NCBI GenBank assembly: GCA_018398765.1
Contig: JAHBMJ010000285.1
Coordinates: 1-51,499, forward strand
Direction of reading: 5' to 3'
From: Chromera velia
Taxonomy: Eukaryota
DNA length: 51,499 bases
Shown here: positions 50,284 through 51,499 of the stretch, in pieces
How positions within the stretch are numbered: the first letter of the stretch is position 1
Layout of the letters: each line of letters opens with the position of its first letter
Program-made: the position numbers and the translations under genes
The notes under the pieces: generated by a model
What the model saw: only the letters and a program-made list of their open reading frames with translations
Databases searched by the model: none
Told to the model about the DNA's origin: nothing

Positions 50284-51499
50284 ATGAAAGAGGACCGAAA
50301 ACAACCCGACCCTTCACCTCTTCCTTCTGCTCTCATTGCTCATATCAGACTTTCTTCACCAGGTGTAGGACTCTTCATTTCTCTTTCTAAAGAAGAAACT
50401 CCTTCTACAGTTGCTCTTATTAACACGGGGGCCGAAGTCTCTTTATTGCACACAAAAGTCTTTTGACGTCTCAGGAAAGAAATACCAGGTTTGACTGTAC
50501 AAAGAATTCCACTGACTATAAAAAGGGAAGGGGGACAAGAATTGGGAAATGAAGGGTCCGTCTCTCTGTGGGTAAACATAGAAGGGAAGATGAAAAAACA
50601 CAGATTTTACATTTTTTCTTCTATCAAAAATGAATGTATTCTCGGAAAGTCGTTTTGTAATGAACATATTTTGTCTCTCTCTTTCAACCCCGACGTCCTT
50701 CGGCTGAAAGGAGAAGGAGAAAATCCATGTGGGATTTCTCTCCGCCCTGTAGAAATTCTCAGGAAAGAAAAACAGTTTATCCAGTCACCTCTCTTCCTTC
50801 CAAGAAAAGAAACTCTCCCTCCTTCCTCTTTCTCTCATGTGTCTATCTCCCTACCTGACGATTCTGTGATTCCCAATGGAAGTGTTGTACATGTAGAGGG
50901 CAGTTTGGGACGATATGCACCCATGGGGATTTATCTACATGACAGCGTGGGAAAGATAGAAGATCGAAGTGTTCATATTGCTCTGATCAATGCTACATGT
51001 CGATCTTTCACTTTCTCTCCTAATTTCCGTCTTGCATATGTATCTATTTGTGGAACTGAAGCCTTAGGAGAAGAAAATCAAGCGTTTTCAACCATCTGTA
51101 CAGAAAACAACGAGGGTGGAAAAAAGGATAAGAGGGTGCGACAAGACTGCAATATATCCGCAGCACAAATGTCTATGTCAGAAGATTCACAAGAAAAAGA
51201 AAAGGACAAACTTCTTCCAGAAGAAAAAGAAGAAGCGATTAAACAAATCAAGGAGACGGTTGAGAAGGCCAGGAATTTGAACCCAGAAGAAAAGAAGAGA
51301 TTGGAGCTTCTACTATTAGAGTTCACTTCCCTTTTTCCAACTAAGCGAAACCCGGGATCATTGGGAGAAATCGAACATACCATAGAAACGAACACAGAAG
51401 AACTAGTTTTCATCAGACCTAGACAGGTACCGCATGCGCTCAAAGAAAAGGTAGAAGAACAAATAAATAATTGGTTGCAGTCAGGAGTAATCACAGAAA
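50284..51499 (+). pseudogene. pol: Retrotransposon pol, 5' part (aspartic protease, spacer, RT N-terminus), inactivated
   Basis: VALINTGAEVSLL is the D-T-G active site with D replaced by N. There is an in-frame TGA at 50464 and then ILGKSF. The frame stays open to the window end and reads GEIEHTIETNTEELVFIRPRQVPHALKEKVEEQINNWLQSGVITE, typical of the start of a gypsy RT. Confidence 0.85.

Larger units (their letters stand above)
47258..51499 (+). mobile_element. Ty3/gypsy LTR retrotransposon, 5' portion (putative 5' LTR ~47258-47448, PBS, long leader, gag, protease, start of RT), truncated by the window end
   Basis: ...GGAACA is followed 2 nt later by a TGG-starting PBS, then by gag, protease and RT-leader homology in gypsy order. 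The LTR left edge (TGTAAC at 47258) is a guess because the 3' LTR is outside the window. Confidence 0.85.

Overview
Eukaryotic, intron-rich genomic DNA. Microsatellite-filled introns, GTCAGT/GTCGGT donors and the RNI-type LRR gene style suggest a chromerid alveolate such as Chromera velia (inference). By hand-splicing I reconstructed four host genes: a 7-exon ribonuclease-inhibitor-like LRR gene (+, 788-6223), an 18-exon tubulin-tyrosine-ligase-like (TTLL) gene (-, 19279-7191), an intronless secreted Ser/Thr/Pro-repeat protein (+, 33085-33801) and a 13-exon Sec16 COPII scaffold gene (-, 44048-36152). The intergenic space is mostly mobile-element debris: a ~9 kb segment bounded by a perfect 59-bp inverted repeat and holding a decayed Mutator-like transposase, two MITEs, a Ty3/gypsy integrase fragment, two copies of a ~50-bp minisatellite, and the 5' part of a decaying Ty3/gypsy LTR retrotransposon that runs off the window end. 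The most intriguing signal is an unclassified repeat whose two termini and internal junction all meet at a CAT trinucleotide, as expected for a tyrosine-recombinase element. Repeat copies differ almost only by C-to-T/G-to-A changes. No rRNA, tRNA or CRISPR array was found. All calls are by eye, without database searches.
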